Below, in pieces: positions 39,218 through 52,668 of a DNA stretch of 64,000 nt. Under the pieces are notes generated by a model, which saw only the letters and a list, made by a program, of their open reading frames with translations, made no database searches and had not been told where the DNA came from. The DNA is from Lobosporangium transversale (Eukaryota). The position numbers and the translations under genes were made by a program. The stretch lies in the NCBI RefSeq assembly GCF_002105155.1, contig NW_019028981.1, forward strand, positions 1,116,001 to 1,180,000, in the 5' to 3' direction. Position 1 is the first letter of the stretch. The number at the start of each line of letters is the position of its first letter.

Positions 39218-40838
39218 ATGTCCCTCCATGCTCGACGAGTCGTCGTTACTGGGCTTGGCCTTGTCACTCCACTTGGCATTGGTGTCCAACAGACATGGTC
39301 CAGACTCATTGCATCAGAATGTGGAGTTGTCTCTTTAAAAGACTTGCCTTCAGCCCATGCTTCTCTCCCTGGTTTTGATACATTACCTTCTCAGGTTGGA
39401 GCTGTCGTAAGACGTGGAGGCGGACAGGACCTTGGAGGATTTGACTCTACAGAATGGCTAGACCGAGGGGTAAAAAAAAAAGTTTTTTATTTCAGTAGCA
39501 ACAATCGCAATCATGTTCGACTATTTCTGATTTAATCTGTGCTTTTTATCACATTTTACTCAATATAACGTAGGATGAGAAGCGGATGGCAATGTTCACT
39601 CAGTATGCGATCGCTGCAGCAAAGATGGCGATCAAGGACGCAAATTGGGAAGAGATTACTGAGGATCAAAAGGAGCGCACAGGAGTTTGTCTTGGATCCG
39701 GAATTGGGAGCCTCGACGACATGGCGAACACAACTCTGTCCTATGCTGAAAGCGTAAGACTTTTTCTATGTAAATGTCTAGATTTATCTTTTCTTTTAGA
39801 AAGCCGACCAACTTTTTTTATATATACTCCTCTTTACAGGGATATCGCAAGATGAGCCCCATGTTCGTACCCAAGATTCTGATCAATATGGCAGCCGGCC
39901 ACTTGACTATGAAGTTTGGTTACAAGGGTCCAAATCACGCAGTCTCCACCGCTTGTACTACAGGGGCCCATTCTCTCGGCGATGCGATGCGCTTTATTCA
40001 GTACGGTGACGCGGATGTCATGGTTGCCGGTGGATCTGAGGCCTGTATTCATCCTATAGCAGTCGCTGGCTTTGCAAAAGCCAAATCTTTAGCGACCAGA
40101 TACAACGACGCGCCTCAAGAAGCCTCCAGACCTTTTGATCGCGATCGTGATGGCTTTGTCATTGGTGAAGGCGCTGGCGTCGTTGTCTTGGAGGAATATG
40201 AGCATGCTCGGAAACGAGGTGCTCCCATCTATGCAGAATTGAAAGGATATGGACTCTCAGGTATAAATGAAACACCTCTTATTGCACTCTCTTTCTCGTT
40301 AAGATCTGTTGATTTTACTCCGTGAGTACTCATATCCGCATTTACGTGTTAATTTTGTTAAGGTGATGCTCATCATATGACAGCACCACCTGAGAATGGC
40401 ACAGGAGCCGCAATGGCGATGCGCAGAGCCTTGAAGGCTGCACGGTTAACACCTGCAGATGTCGGATATGTAAATGCTCATGCAACATCAACTCATCAGG
40501 GCGACATTGCAGAGAACCGTGCCATCAAGGCTGTCTTCGATGGTCATCACAACTCCATTGCTGTTTCGTCTACGAAGGGCGCTGTGGGTCATCTTCTCGG
40601 TGCTGCGGGTGCTGTTGAAGCTATTTTCACTATCCTTGCTGTTAAAAACGATATCCTGCCTCCGACATTAAATCTCCATAACTTTGACGATAATGGCGAG
40701 TTTACATTGAACTACGTCCCACGAAAAGCCCAAGAAAAAGTTTTGAGTGCTGCTCTGACAAACTCTTTTGGATTTGGAGGCACAAACGCGTCTCTGTGTT
40801 TTGCCAAAGTCAAAGAGAGTAGTGAGCGACGTAGCTAA
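39218..40838 (+). CDS. CEM1: Mitochondrial 3-oxoacyl-[ACP] synthase (FabF/OXSM type), 4 exons
   Basis: [30 protein letters not shown] (catalytic Cys), [55 protein letters not shown]. Confidence 0.93.
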
Positions 40839-41078
40839 TATATAGGTCTAATAAAAAAAAACACACACGCGCATTACTTCATTAGCGATGGATGTTGAAT
40901 TTATGTAATTTATTCTAATAAAAAAGAGAAGGAAAATAAGGAATAGAAAGCATCAAACAGTGCAAAAAAGAAAAATAAGTAAATAAAAAGAAATCGTATT
41001 CTTTTCTTTGTGCGTATAATGTCATCATCCTCATTCATGGTCATCGTTCATTCCGTCCTCCAGCAATAGGTTAACCTT

Positions 41079-42898
41079 TTAACGATCGACCTCTCCGAAC
41101 ACAATATCCATGGTTCCAATCATGGTGACGACATCGGGAATGAAGTGACCCTTGGCCATAAAGTCCAATCCAGCCAAGTGGGCGAAACCAGGGGCACGAA
41201 TCTTGCAGCGGTAAGGACGGTTACTTCCATCGGAAACAAGATGGACACCTAAAAAGTAATAGTTGGTATTAAAATAAATTAAAATTGAAGTTGAGAGATA
41301 GCTAAATGAAAGGTAGAGCCTTAAAAGCGATATTACAACGCAAATCTACGTACCAAACTCTCCCTTGGGCGCTTCGACGACGGTGTAGGTTTCACCAGGG
41401 GGAACAGAGTAGCCCTCGGAGTAGAGTTTGAAATGATGAATCAAGGCCTCCATGTTCTCCTTCATGTGAGCACGGCGAGGGGGCGAGATCTTGAGATCAT
41501 CAACACGGACGGGGCCAGGAGGCATGTCATTGATGCACTGGTGAATGATGCGGAGAGATTGACGCATCTCCTCCATACGGCATAGATAACGATCAAAGCA
41601 ATCGCCCTTGGAGCCGACAGGAACATCAAAATCAACAAGGTCGTAAGCATCATAGGGTTGAACCTTACGCAGATCCCAGTTGACACCTGATCCACGCAAC
41701 ATCACACCGGAGAACCCCCAATCAAGAGCCTCCTTCGCAGTAACACGGCCCACATCGACTGTACGTCCCTGCCAGATACGGTTTCCAGTGATCAATTCCT
41801 CAGCCTCATTCATACGGTCTCCAAATTGGTCAGCCCAGACATGAATATCTTCGAGCAATCCCTTGGGGATATCAAGAGAGACACCACCGGGGCGAATATA
41901 GGCAGCATGCATACGAGCACCTGAAACACGCTCGTAAAATTCGATCAGCTTCTCACGTTCCTCAAACATCCACAAGAAAGGGGTCAGAGCTCCGACGTCC
42001 ATGATGTGAGACATGACTGACATGCAGTGGTTCATAATACGGGTGATCTCTGCAAACATAGTACGGATATATTTGGCACGAATTGGTACTTCAATATTAA
42101 GAAGCTTCTCGACGGCTAAAGAGTATGCCTGCTCATTGACCATCATGGAACAGTAATCGAGACGATCAAACTGTCAAAAAAAAAAAAAAAAAAAAAAGTA
42201 TTCAAGCATCGTTGTGAAGTCGGTCCAGAAAGTGTACAGAATTATGTATATATTTTTCCCCCATGGTATCCCGAGCGGTTCCATTTCATTCGAAAAAGAC
42301 AATGTTGGATAAAAAAACAAAAAGCTATTGTCAGTTCACATCTAGTTTCACTATCATTTACAGATCAAATTATAAAATAAAATAAAAAAAAAAAAAAAAA
42401 AGTATTGCATTTTTGACCGGTTCTAAAAAAGAAACTTACGTAAGGAAGGGCTTGAAGATATGTCTTGTACTCGATCAACTTTTCAGTACCACGATGCAAC
42501 AATCCAACATGAGGATCGCATCGGAGGATCTCCTCTCCTTCCAACTCCAAAATCAAACGCAATACTCCGTGAGCTGCAGGATGTTGAGGTCCAAAGTTGA
42601 CAGTGAAATGACGTGAGGTAACATCGACACCGTCATCAATCTCATCCTCTGTGATGGTTGTACCCGCGCCAAGAGGAGCAGTTGCACCATATAGATCGCG
42701 GTCGAAATGACGATGGTGGTGTGAGTCACCTGCAGCGGTCTCCGTGGACATGCACTTTGCAAACTGCAACCTGCTACTGCGAGCAAGAAGAGAAGGCGAT
42801 GCCATGTTGAAATATGTCGAAGGGCGAGAAACATTAGCAGCGGTCCTGCTCAACAGTGTTGCCGAACGGCGTGATAAAAGGCGAGCAACAGAAGCCAT
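41079..42898 (-). CDS. NDUFS2: NADH:ubiquinone oxidoreductase 49 kDa subunit, 3 exons
   Basis: [72 protein letters not shown]-terminal [13 protein letters not shown]. Confidence 0.97.
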
Positions 42899-43105
42899 GT
42901 TTGTGTCGTAAAATAATCAAATAATCCACTGATCCTGAAGTTGGGTTGGTAATTGATGTAGAAAAAAGAAAAAAAGAACACAATAACAAAATACCGCAGC
43001 AAGACAAGCTTGAGCAGATAAAAAGGATGGAGAGAGAAGAAATAAAGGAGAGGTGAGAGGTGAGAGGTGAGATGGATGTATTTTGTGCTTCGATTGATGT
43101 GAAAT

Positions 43106-43138
<33 letters not shown>

Positions 43139-43278
43139 CTCACTCCAAATCACCGAGCTCCGAGAAATGGCGACGGAAAAATAATTCGAGACAGGCTCAA
43201 ACTACGTATTAGAAATCATTATAATGCTTTTATTATGCTTTTGAATTTATGTACAGTGTGAAATGACAATGTTTTTCT

Positions 43279-45032
43279 TTACAGGCGACCAGGCCCATAC
43301 ATTGTTTGTTCATAACTGGGCGGTATTTGGGGCATCATTATATTGCTATTTCTAGACGGCAATCCAGGTGGACTGACCGATCGTGGCCGTGGAAATCCGC
43401 CTGGGATCTTCCCTACCGTTGGCGAAGATGATCGTGGATACATCATTCCTTGACCGGGATATGAAGAGCTCGAGGATTGACCATAGTTGACACTCTGCTT
43501 ATGACCGGCCAAAGGGTTGGCTCTGTACATGCTATAGTTGTCAGACAAAGGCCGAGATTGGGGCAGTGGAGGCGAAGGGTTCGAGGTAGCGGTTTCTGTG
43601 GAGCCGGGGGTAAAGGTATTAGAACAAGGAAAGGCGCCAGGGAATGCGCCAGGCAGTGTTGCTGTGGAGGTAGTTGTAGCAGGAGATCCGGCGGGCGATG
43701 AATGTGATGACTGTGGTGGCTGCGGTAAGGGCCGCGATGAGTTCCGAGATTGCTGCATCATCGGCTGAGGTAATGGTCGCATTTGTATTTGAGATTGCGG
43801 CGGGTACCCGCCCCCAGTGGTTATACTATTAGATGGATACAAATTGGAGGTTGCGAATGGATATACTGGTGGAAGATATCCTGTTCCATTAGGTGGTGAG
43901 ACTTGGTTATTGATGACAGGCTGCGGCTGTGGCTGTGGCTGTACAGGTGGATAGAGGTTGGTGATGCTGTTGTTCAAAGGTCGATAAGCATCATTGACGT
44001 TATTGATATTGTTGTTAATGGGCATGAACGGCGGTGGTACTTGTTGTGGTGGATATGTATTATTCTGAGGCGGATACCCTGTATTAAAGGCATTGTTGCC
44101 AAGTTGAGGTGGGTATCCATTGACGGCATTATATTGAGGCGTTGGATATACCCCATGGAGATTGACGGTTGGACGGGGTGGGTATCCGCCTCCATGGATG
44201 TTATTAACATCGCTTGCGGCGACATTCATATGAGGCGGGTACCCAGCCGGATAAGCACCTTGAGGGAAAAATGGTTGACCAGCGCTCAGGTTAGGGTGTC
44301 CAGGAAAGTCATTCATAGACATATAAGGACTCGCGCTGTATGAATTGTAGGGGTTTTGACCCACAGGGGATATACGGCCCCCTAAAGTTGGGGGTGCCCC
44401 TGCGGATGTAGAATTGACGTAAGGATAACCTCCTGCATAGGCGGTTGGCTCTGTGGCAACGGGGGGTTTGTAGACGAGTTCCGAGTCCTCCGTTGCGGTA
44501 GTTGTTACTGAAGATACTGATGTTGTTGACTCTACAGAAGGTGAGTGGTCTGAAGTTCCATGAGGAGATGGATGAATAGGGCGACGCAGCGGTGTGCCGG
44601 CGGGGATTGGTGTACTAGGGGCACGGTTCATCTTGTGGAGAGGATGTTTAGGATCCTAAAAAGAAAAAAAGTCATAGCGTACACAGATCGTCAGCCGTTT
44701 GGTAATACATCATCTAGTAAAATACTTTAATATTCCCATGCGGGAGGAAGACGGAATGGGAAACAAGAAGATCGGGAAGATTGATCATCCATGTCACAGA
44801 CAAAGCAACGACATCATGATTTCGCGTATTTTCAACCATTTTGAGAATAATCCCGCTGCGTGTGTTTCTTCATGATGCAAAAGCACTCTCCTGGGATACT
44901 TACATGAGAGTAGTAGGTCAGCTGTAGCATGAGTTCACCTGCTTCACGACCTTTATAATGCAGCTCGAACCAATCTATTAATACGTAAACAGGGGGAAAA
45001 AGGGGAAGGGACATTCAGTCAGGTCTGATGCA

Positions 45033-45063
<31 letters not shown>

Positions 45064-45899
45064 CTGTTGCAACATGGGCCATGCAGGACCAGATAAGTGT
45101 GTGCATCCAGCCAATTCTATTCAACTCGGAGTAAACCACATTCAATACCCGCAGTTGGGTAAAGACGCTGAAGCATAACTGCAGGTGTAATTTGGCATCA
45201 TTCGACTAACCCTTTTTAACACATACCATCATGTTCGCCATATTCCAGAACCTTTGCCAGATTGATAACACAGTCGCCAATGAGCTCATTCTTCTGATGA
45301 TCCTCATCTAAACATGTTACATACAGCGATGTTGCATCCTTGGCATCACTTTCATACATTGGTATTTTGATCTAGTCAAAGACAACATCAAAGAGAACAA
45401 AAAGCAAATATATTCTGTGAGTGGTCTTTTGCCGCTGACTATTACTATTTGTCCTCTTCACACCACTTTCTTCGCGATGTTGACAAACAAACAAAAGTGT
45501 TACCTGGTCATCCTTCCATCGAGGCCGCTGTCCACCCCGAACATCAGTGGTGCTTCTTCTGCATTGATTACCAAGCTTGAACAGAATGAATGGGCTTTGT
45601 TTTCCAAATCGTTCCCGGTTAGGCAGGTCACGTCCTTGTATAGGAATAATGATCAATTCGCCTAATTGTGTTTGTTGTGCACGAAAACAAAAAGAGTTGA
45701 GTTATACGGTACGAAGTATAGGTGAAAGGTGCATGATTCTTGAAAAAAATAAAAAATAAAATAAAACTAATAGGATAAATGTTCCTGAAGAAAGAAAGGA
45801 AAAAGCCATACCGATTGGAGTTTTACCCTCATCAGGGTCAACCAAAGGCTCTGGTAATGGTTTATTGACGTGGTGACGACCACCAAATAGTTTACGCAT
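43279..45899 (-). CDS. C2-domain protein with Pro/Tyr-rich C-terminus, about 5 exons
   Basis: Spliced GELIIIPIQGRDLPNRERFGKQSPF...VRGGQRPRWKDDQ|IKIPMY...CLDEDHQKNELIGDCVINLAKVLEYGEHD|DWFELHYKGREAGELMLQLTYY, followed by a 450-aa YPP-rich exon. Confidence 0.8.
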
Positions 45900-46548
45900 G
45901 TGTATGGTAGATGTATTGTATGCTTTGTATTTTGATATGAAATAGGTGTGGTTGAAATAGAATGGAGGATGAAAGAGTGAAAGAGGACGAAGACAGAAAA
46001 CAAGATTATGTGGATGCTGTGCCTGTTGAAAAAGCTGTTTATTCTCGCTGTTTAAAATGGGGATAAAATCAAAAGAAGACAGAGAGAGGAATCTGTTACC
46101 TTTTTATATTTTTATACATGTTGCACCAGCTGACATTCTCCTCGCCATGACCACATACAGCATTGTTACATCTGTGTTTACAAACAAAGAAAAATAAAAT
46201 AAAAAAATGCTCCGCCTCAAACAATTTCTTGTTTTCTTGGCTCGACCGAACGGAAAAGCCCTGTGTTTATTGCTGTTCACTGAGCCCAAGTGGACTCATC
46301 AAAAGAAAGTTATAAAAATGTGATGTGCGTCATTTTTCTGAAAAAGAGTGGCTGAGAGGATTACCGCTATCATTCTTGATCACATGTTGCAACCATAGCT
46401 CTGCTTCCCCACTTCTGTTTAAATGGAGCAAAATAAAAATAGAAACTTCTCTCTCTCTTTTTTTTTAACGCTCCATGAAGGAAAGAAAGCAGGTTTATTT
46501 TACTAGAAGGCACAATTGTACAAATCAACCCTCATCTAGGACTTTTTC

Positions 46549-49500
46549 TTAGAACAGACCCACAACGTTGCCTGTTTCAAAATCAATATCAACATCGTAG
46601 AAGCATGGACGAGTAGGAAGACCAGGCATAGTTTGCATCGCTCCACAAAGTGGGTACAAGAACCCTGCTCCAACCGATGCACGGATATCGCGAATAGGTA
46701 TCTTAAATCCTACAGGTCGATTCTTCAACTTGGGGTCGTGTGATAACGACAAATGCGTCTTGGCCATACAGATGGGTAAATTACCAAAGCCCTAGATTGT
46801 TCAAGTTAAAAAAAAGCAATCGTTGATGAGTAACAAACCAGCATTGAATATCGATAGCTCCTCGCGTCTCGCGTAATATATTATTACCTGACGAGTGTAG
46901 GTTGCAATCTTCTCCTTGGCCAAGTCTGAAAGTTCAATACCATCAGCTCCATACATCTCCTTTGAGATTGTTTCGATCTTGGATGCGATATCCGACTCCA
47001 GTGAGTACAGATACTTGAAATTAATTGGTTTACTGCATGCCTGGATCACCGCCTGTCCCAGTTCCACGGCACCCAAACCGCCCTTTGCCCAGTTCTCACA
47101 CGCAACAGCATTATCTGCTCCTGCCTCCAAAGCAATCTTACGGATCAACGCCATCTCTGCATCTGTGTCGGATGTGAACTTGTTGATGGCTACCACTACT
47201 GGTACTCCAAATTTCTTGGCGTTCTCAATATGCTTCTTCAAATTATCACATCCTGATTCCAACAGTTCCAAGTTCTCACTGTTGTAAACCTCAGGTAGGG
47301 GCTTGCCAGGTGTGACCTCGGGTCCACCTCCGTGCATCTTGAGCGCCTTGACTGTTGCGACAAGGACAGCACAATCGGGAACCAATCCGCTAGTGCGGCA
47401 CTTGATATCAAAGAATTTCTCCATGCCAATATCAGCACCAAATCCAGCCTCTGTGACAACATAGCCCATCATCTCCTCATTCTCGCCAGGCTCGATACCA
47501 GCCAGTTTGAGTGCAATGCGGTCAGCGATGATGGAGGAATTGCCATGTGCAATGTTGGCGAAGGGTCCAGCATGGACAAACATCGGTGTTCCCTCCAATG
47601 TCTGCATCACATTGGGCTTAATGGCGTCCTTCATTAGCACAGTCAAAGCGCCACCAATGCCAATATCATCAGCAGTGACTGGCTCACCAGCTTTGCTGCT
47701 AGCAACCACCATCTTTCCAAGACTAATGAGAAGAGGGTTGTAAAAGAAGGTTGAATATATGGTAATATATGGTATTAAAGGCCAACACTACTAAGCACCA
47801 CGAACAAACCGAGTCTTGTTCAAACTCAAAGGCTAGAACACTTACCGTTCACGCATATCCTTAAGGTCAGTGCTGAGGGCAAGAACTGCCATAACTTCAG
47901 AAGCGACTGCAATATCGAATCCAGTCATACGTTCATGACCAGCCTCGGTGTCATTACGTCCAATCTCAATTCTACGCAAGAAGCGATCATTGGTATCCAT
48001 GACACGTTGCCAAGTAATCGTTTCAGGATCAATATCTAGACGAACGAAACGAGATACTTCTTCAGGTGTCAATTCTGCAGGATCTGTTTTATTGATGCCC
48101 AAACGCTGGAGGCGACCCAGCATCACGGCCGCAAAAACTTTCTTGCCCTTCTTAGTGGGGCAAAGGCGACTGAAAAGCGCTTTATCTGACTGGGTCTTCT
48201 CATGGAATATGCGCGCGTCGATGGCTGCAGCAAGCAAATTATTGGCAGCGGTCACCGCATGAATATCTCCTGTCAAATGTAAGTTGAACTCATCCATAGG
48301 AATCACTTGGGAGTATCCGCCTCCTGCAGCTCCACCCTTGATTCCAAATGTAGGGCCCTGCGACGGCTGACGGACACATCCAAAAGCAATCTTGTCCAAA
48401 TGAGCACCTAATGCCTGAACCAAACCAACAGTAGTCGTTGACTTGCCCTCACCCAAGGGAGTAGGTGTAATTCCTGTGACGACAACATAGCGACCATTCT
48501 TACGGTGTGATAGACGCTCCAAAATATCCAAGCTGACCTTGGCCTTGTACTCTCCATAGAGCTCAAGCTAATATGTTGGGTGCATGAATGTAAAAATAAA
48601 AATAAAATAACAGTAAGATCAGTCCTCCATTTCACAGTTGTTCCACTGACAATGCTATTAGACCTTTGCTCGTTTCTCAAGTACCTCGCAAGGCAAAATC
48701 CCCAGTTCATCGGCAATGAATTTGATAGGTTTAGGCTTCTGAGCCAAGGCAATGTCGATGTCGTTAGGGACGGGGTCCAAGAGCTGCAATGGTAGAGGGT
48801 TAATGGTGCGGTGACGACCTTCATTCAGGAAACGGACAGCTGAAAGATAGGTATTCTGCATCAACATGGCCACAGTCATGGGACCAACACCACCAGGGAC
48901 AGGGGTAATATGACCGGCGCGCTGCGATGCAGTAGCATATTCCACATCTCCAACCCAACGGATTCCAGCCTTCTTTGTAGAGTCTAGTTTTTGAGTAGGA
49001 AAAGACGTTAGTAAATTTCTTCATGAGATACTAAAAGAAAGTGAGATCTTGTTTGTCAATGTATGACAAGAGAAAGTTACGTTATATGCACTACCTTCAA
49101 CAGCATTAGTTCCGACATCAATAACCACGGCTCCTTCCTTGATCCACTCGCCCTTAATGAATCCAGCACTTCCGATGGCAACAACAAGAATATCGGCAGT
49201 CTTAACAATCTCGGGTAGATTCATGGTCTTAGAGTGGCACAATGTGACTGTGCAGTTATTCTTGGTCAACAGGCTAAACACAGGAGTTCCCTAGGTATAA
49301 TATAAATATATACCGATGCCACCAATGTTTTAATGCCGTTGCTACTTCTGCTACCATGATTTTTAATGCTTCCATGGGTATTTAAGGGCGTCTTTGGATG
49401 GCTAAGAATAATAGTAATAAAGGACAAAACTGGGCAACTTACAACAATATCACTGCGACCAACGACAACAGCTTTCTTGCCAGCCATGACCACATCAGTT

Positions 49501-50066
49501 GACTTGATGAGTTCAATGACGCCCTTGGGAGTACATGGAACAAATGCAGGCTCTGAGGCGCGCTTAGAAAGGTGGCCGATGTTGATTGCATGGAAACTAA
49601 TAATGATTTTGGAAGCGATGTATATGAAAATAAAAAAGTTACTTGCTGAGTCGACTACAATGGATCTGACTATCCAGCCAATAAAAAGAAAGAATGATAT
49701 GAACATACCCGTCAACATCCTTCTTAGGATCAATTGCCTCTGTGACGATTCTGTCATCCAAGTGATCAGGAAGAGGGAGCTGAACGAGAATTCCATGTAC
49801 TTTAGGGTCATTATTCAAGGCTTGAACTCTAGACAACAACTCGTACTGAGTGATGGTTGCAGGTAAGTGGAAAAGCTCAAAATCCATGCCAGCCTATATT
49901 TTTTCAGAAGGAATGGCATAAGTAATTAATCTTCTTATACAACCGATGGTAATAAATACTTCCGTCTGTCTTGTTTAAAGTATGTGAAACCGGTCCTGAT
50001 TTGTGTATCCTTCTTCTGCCAACTTCAGAAAAGAAAAAAAAAGAGTGGGGAACCGATGCGGAGATT

Positions 50067-50099
<33 letters not shown>

Positions 50100-50883
50100 C
50101 ATTCTGCTGGAGCGGAACAAGGCTTTGGTTATTTTTTGCTAATCGGATTTTACCTCCTTGGCCGCCTTCTTCTTCATATTGACATAGACGCTCGAATCCT
50201 CGCGTTCTCCAACTTGAATGATAGAAAGCTTTGGACTGAAACTTGGAGCTGTCTTGCGCACTTCCTCAATTTGAGACTTGATGTCGTTGCGTAGTTTTCT
50301 ATACCATTTTTAGATATTTATTTTGCACAAAGCGTGAGAAAGATGTTTTTAATGACTTTGAATCCTCCTATGAGCGCACGATACATCAATTGAAAGCGTC
50401 CAAACTCTTTCTCAGGAAAAGAGGGACTCATGCAAAAGAAACTTACTGGGCAATGGCCTTTCCGTCAATAATCTTGGCCATATTGAACGAACTGCGAGTG
50501 TTTAAAGCAAGGGTGGAGGTGTGCAAAGAATAAGGATGAAAATTAGAATGCCGGGGTAAGGAGCGAAGCGTGAGGAGGGTCTTGTAACCGAGGGGTCCTG
50601 AACGCGGTAAGGTGGAAAAGATGGGTCGAGAGAAGAGACTGAGAGTATGTGAAGAAGAAGAGGAAGGATAAGAGTGATGTAAAGAAGAGAAACGAGAAGT
50701 GGGGGACGATTTAAAGCAGTAGGTGAACAGAGAATGTGAGAGCCTTATTTGGGCAGGGACAGGCGTGACACGGCGGGAAAGATTCAATGCACTAGAGAGT
50801 GTGAGCACGAAGGATGGATGCAGACACGAATGCTGATGCGAAGAGGCATGAATGGTTCGATCGAGTGTCGACAGGACCTTCAT
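46549..50883 (-). CDS. Trifunctional C1-tetrahydrofolate synthase (MIS1/ADE3 type), multi-exon, with long N-terminal extension
   Basis: [111 protein letters not shown]. Confidence 0.96.
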
Positions 50884-52644
50884 TCAAACAGACTAATGAG
50901 TAAGAATGGAGCGTCTATCGCTCCCACGCTCAACTTTCTAAACGACAAAAAGGGGGGACATTCGGGTAAAAATGTCGCGAGTCATAACAAGAAGTCATGA
51001 TCACGGGCAATGTGATTTTATGGGAACGTTGAACAGCTTTTTTTTGCGCCCACGAGAAGAATATCCAATCAAAGTAAAGTAATGCTTCCGCTACTCATTA
51101 TAGCGTGGGAGACTAATTGAAAAGGGAGATGATTTGTATGAGCACCACGTTAATTTCAATTTTATTGTATCCAAAACATGCCGATATAATTGGGGTTCAG
51201 CCCCTTGATCAACGGTAACAAGGCCACGCTTTGGAATAAAAAGTTGATAGATTGATAAACGGTAGATCTTCCTCTCTTTCATTCAGTATGCATCCTACAA
51301 GATGTGTTCAAGTGTCCAGTTAAACGTAGAGTTATCACCAGAAATTACTTCCTTGAAAAATTAAACTATTCTATGTTATTTTATTTTACTTTATTTTATT
51401 TCCTATCCTTTTTTTACGTGATATAAACATACACAACGTGTTCTACTCATTCTTGGTGCAACTGTAAGCAACTGTAAGCACCTGCTTACGCCTAGTCTCG
51501 CCTTTGGTTGTGAAATATAGCAGGATCGTAATAAGTAATGAGAACGAAAGAAAAATATATTCATCCCCAAACTCCTTCAATTGATTGCCAATATTACCTA
51601 TGGATTTGCTCAGCGACCATTACCCTCAATAAATATCTCCTTTGTGGATCGAGGTTCACCTGCAACTATTGGTATGACCCCTTTGCATTGTTGCAAAGGA
51701 CCATTCTCCTTTAGTTTCTTTTCAAACCCTCAAAGAGCTACCCCCATGATTCTGCCGCTGTGCACTCAGGTCTAGTCTCCTTCTTATAGCCTCCATTTTG
51801 CTGGAATGAAGCCTGTTACTTAGTAAGGACAAATAACAAGGCTAAAAATGTATGAGGGGTATAGCTAGCGCCTCTATATCCATCTACTAAAGCTCCAAGT
51901 AACCCCCCTCTTCTGCTCCGTGGAGAGTGGAAGTTTCAGCTTCCCTATTTGAGGAAAATAGAGTAATAGAGTATTGTTTATTTGGTTGTTCTTATGTTTC
52001 AGCAACCTTGATATAGCTTCAGCACTCTTTGATTACTCAAGCGCACAGGCACGTCGGTTTGGGCCCTAGGATGTTTTCTGGAAAAGGATAGGAGGATAAA
52101 GAAGAGGTAAAGCTAACTACAACGCTGTCCGACAGAGTTAAACCATGACCTACTATATACCTAAATATCCTGTTTCTCTCTAGGTCATGCCCTGTTTTTA
52201 CGTTGTCGGCCATGTTAATCTCATCGAATTTCCAGTGATGAAAATAAAGATAGATTACTTTCTCTGTTGAAAACAGGTATAAACCATGTATTACTTGGCT
52301 ATATGGCTTTGAATCCCATACTCATTCACTAGTCGATTACTATGACTACTATTCACACTGGCTTTAGCAACAAAAACATCAGTGAACGATTCCAGGAACT
52401 ATTCATGTCCAGAAAGCGATACATATTCACAATTTTTTTTATCAGATTATTAAATTGCTGCCACCGATACCTTCCATCCCTCCACGTACGAGGAAGGCAA
52501 GCCTCTGCTGGTCAAGACTGGACTTCACCATGTTTGAAAGCTTAATTCAGTCTTCTTCACGCTCCTTTCGCGAAGCGCCGGGGAATTTGCCTTAAAAATC
52601 ACGAGTCAATGTTCCCTTTTCGTCTTTGTCACTACAACCAGTTG

Positions 52645-52668
52645 TGAGAGAGAGAGAGAGAGTAGAGA
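52645..52668 (+). repeat. (GA)n microsatellite
   Basis: gagagagagagagagag run. Confidence 0.8.

Noticed and set aside
30911..40838. Secondary-metabolite cluster (monooxygenase plus ketosynthase)
   Set aside because: The ketosynthase is the standalone mitochondrial FAS II enzyme; no PKS, NRPS, transporter or cluster regulator is present.
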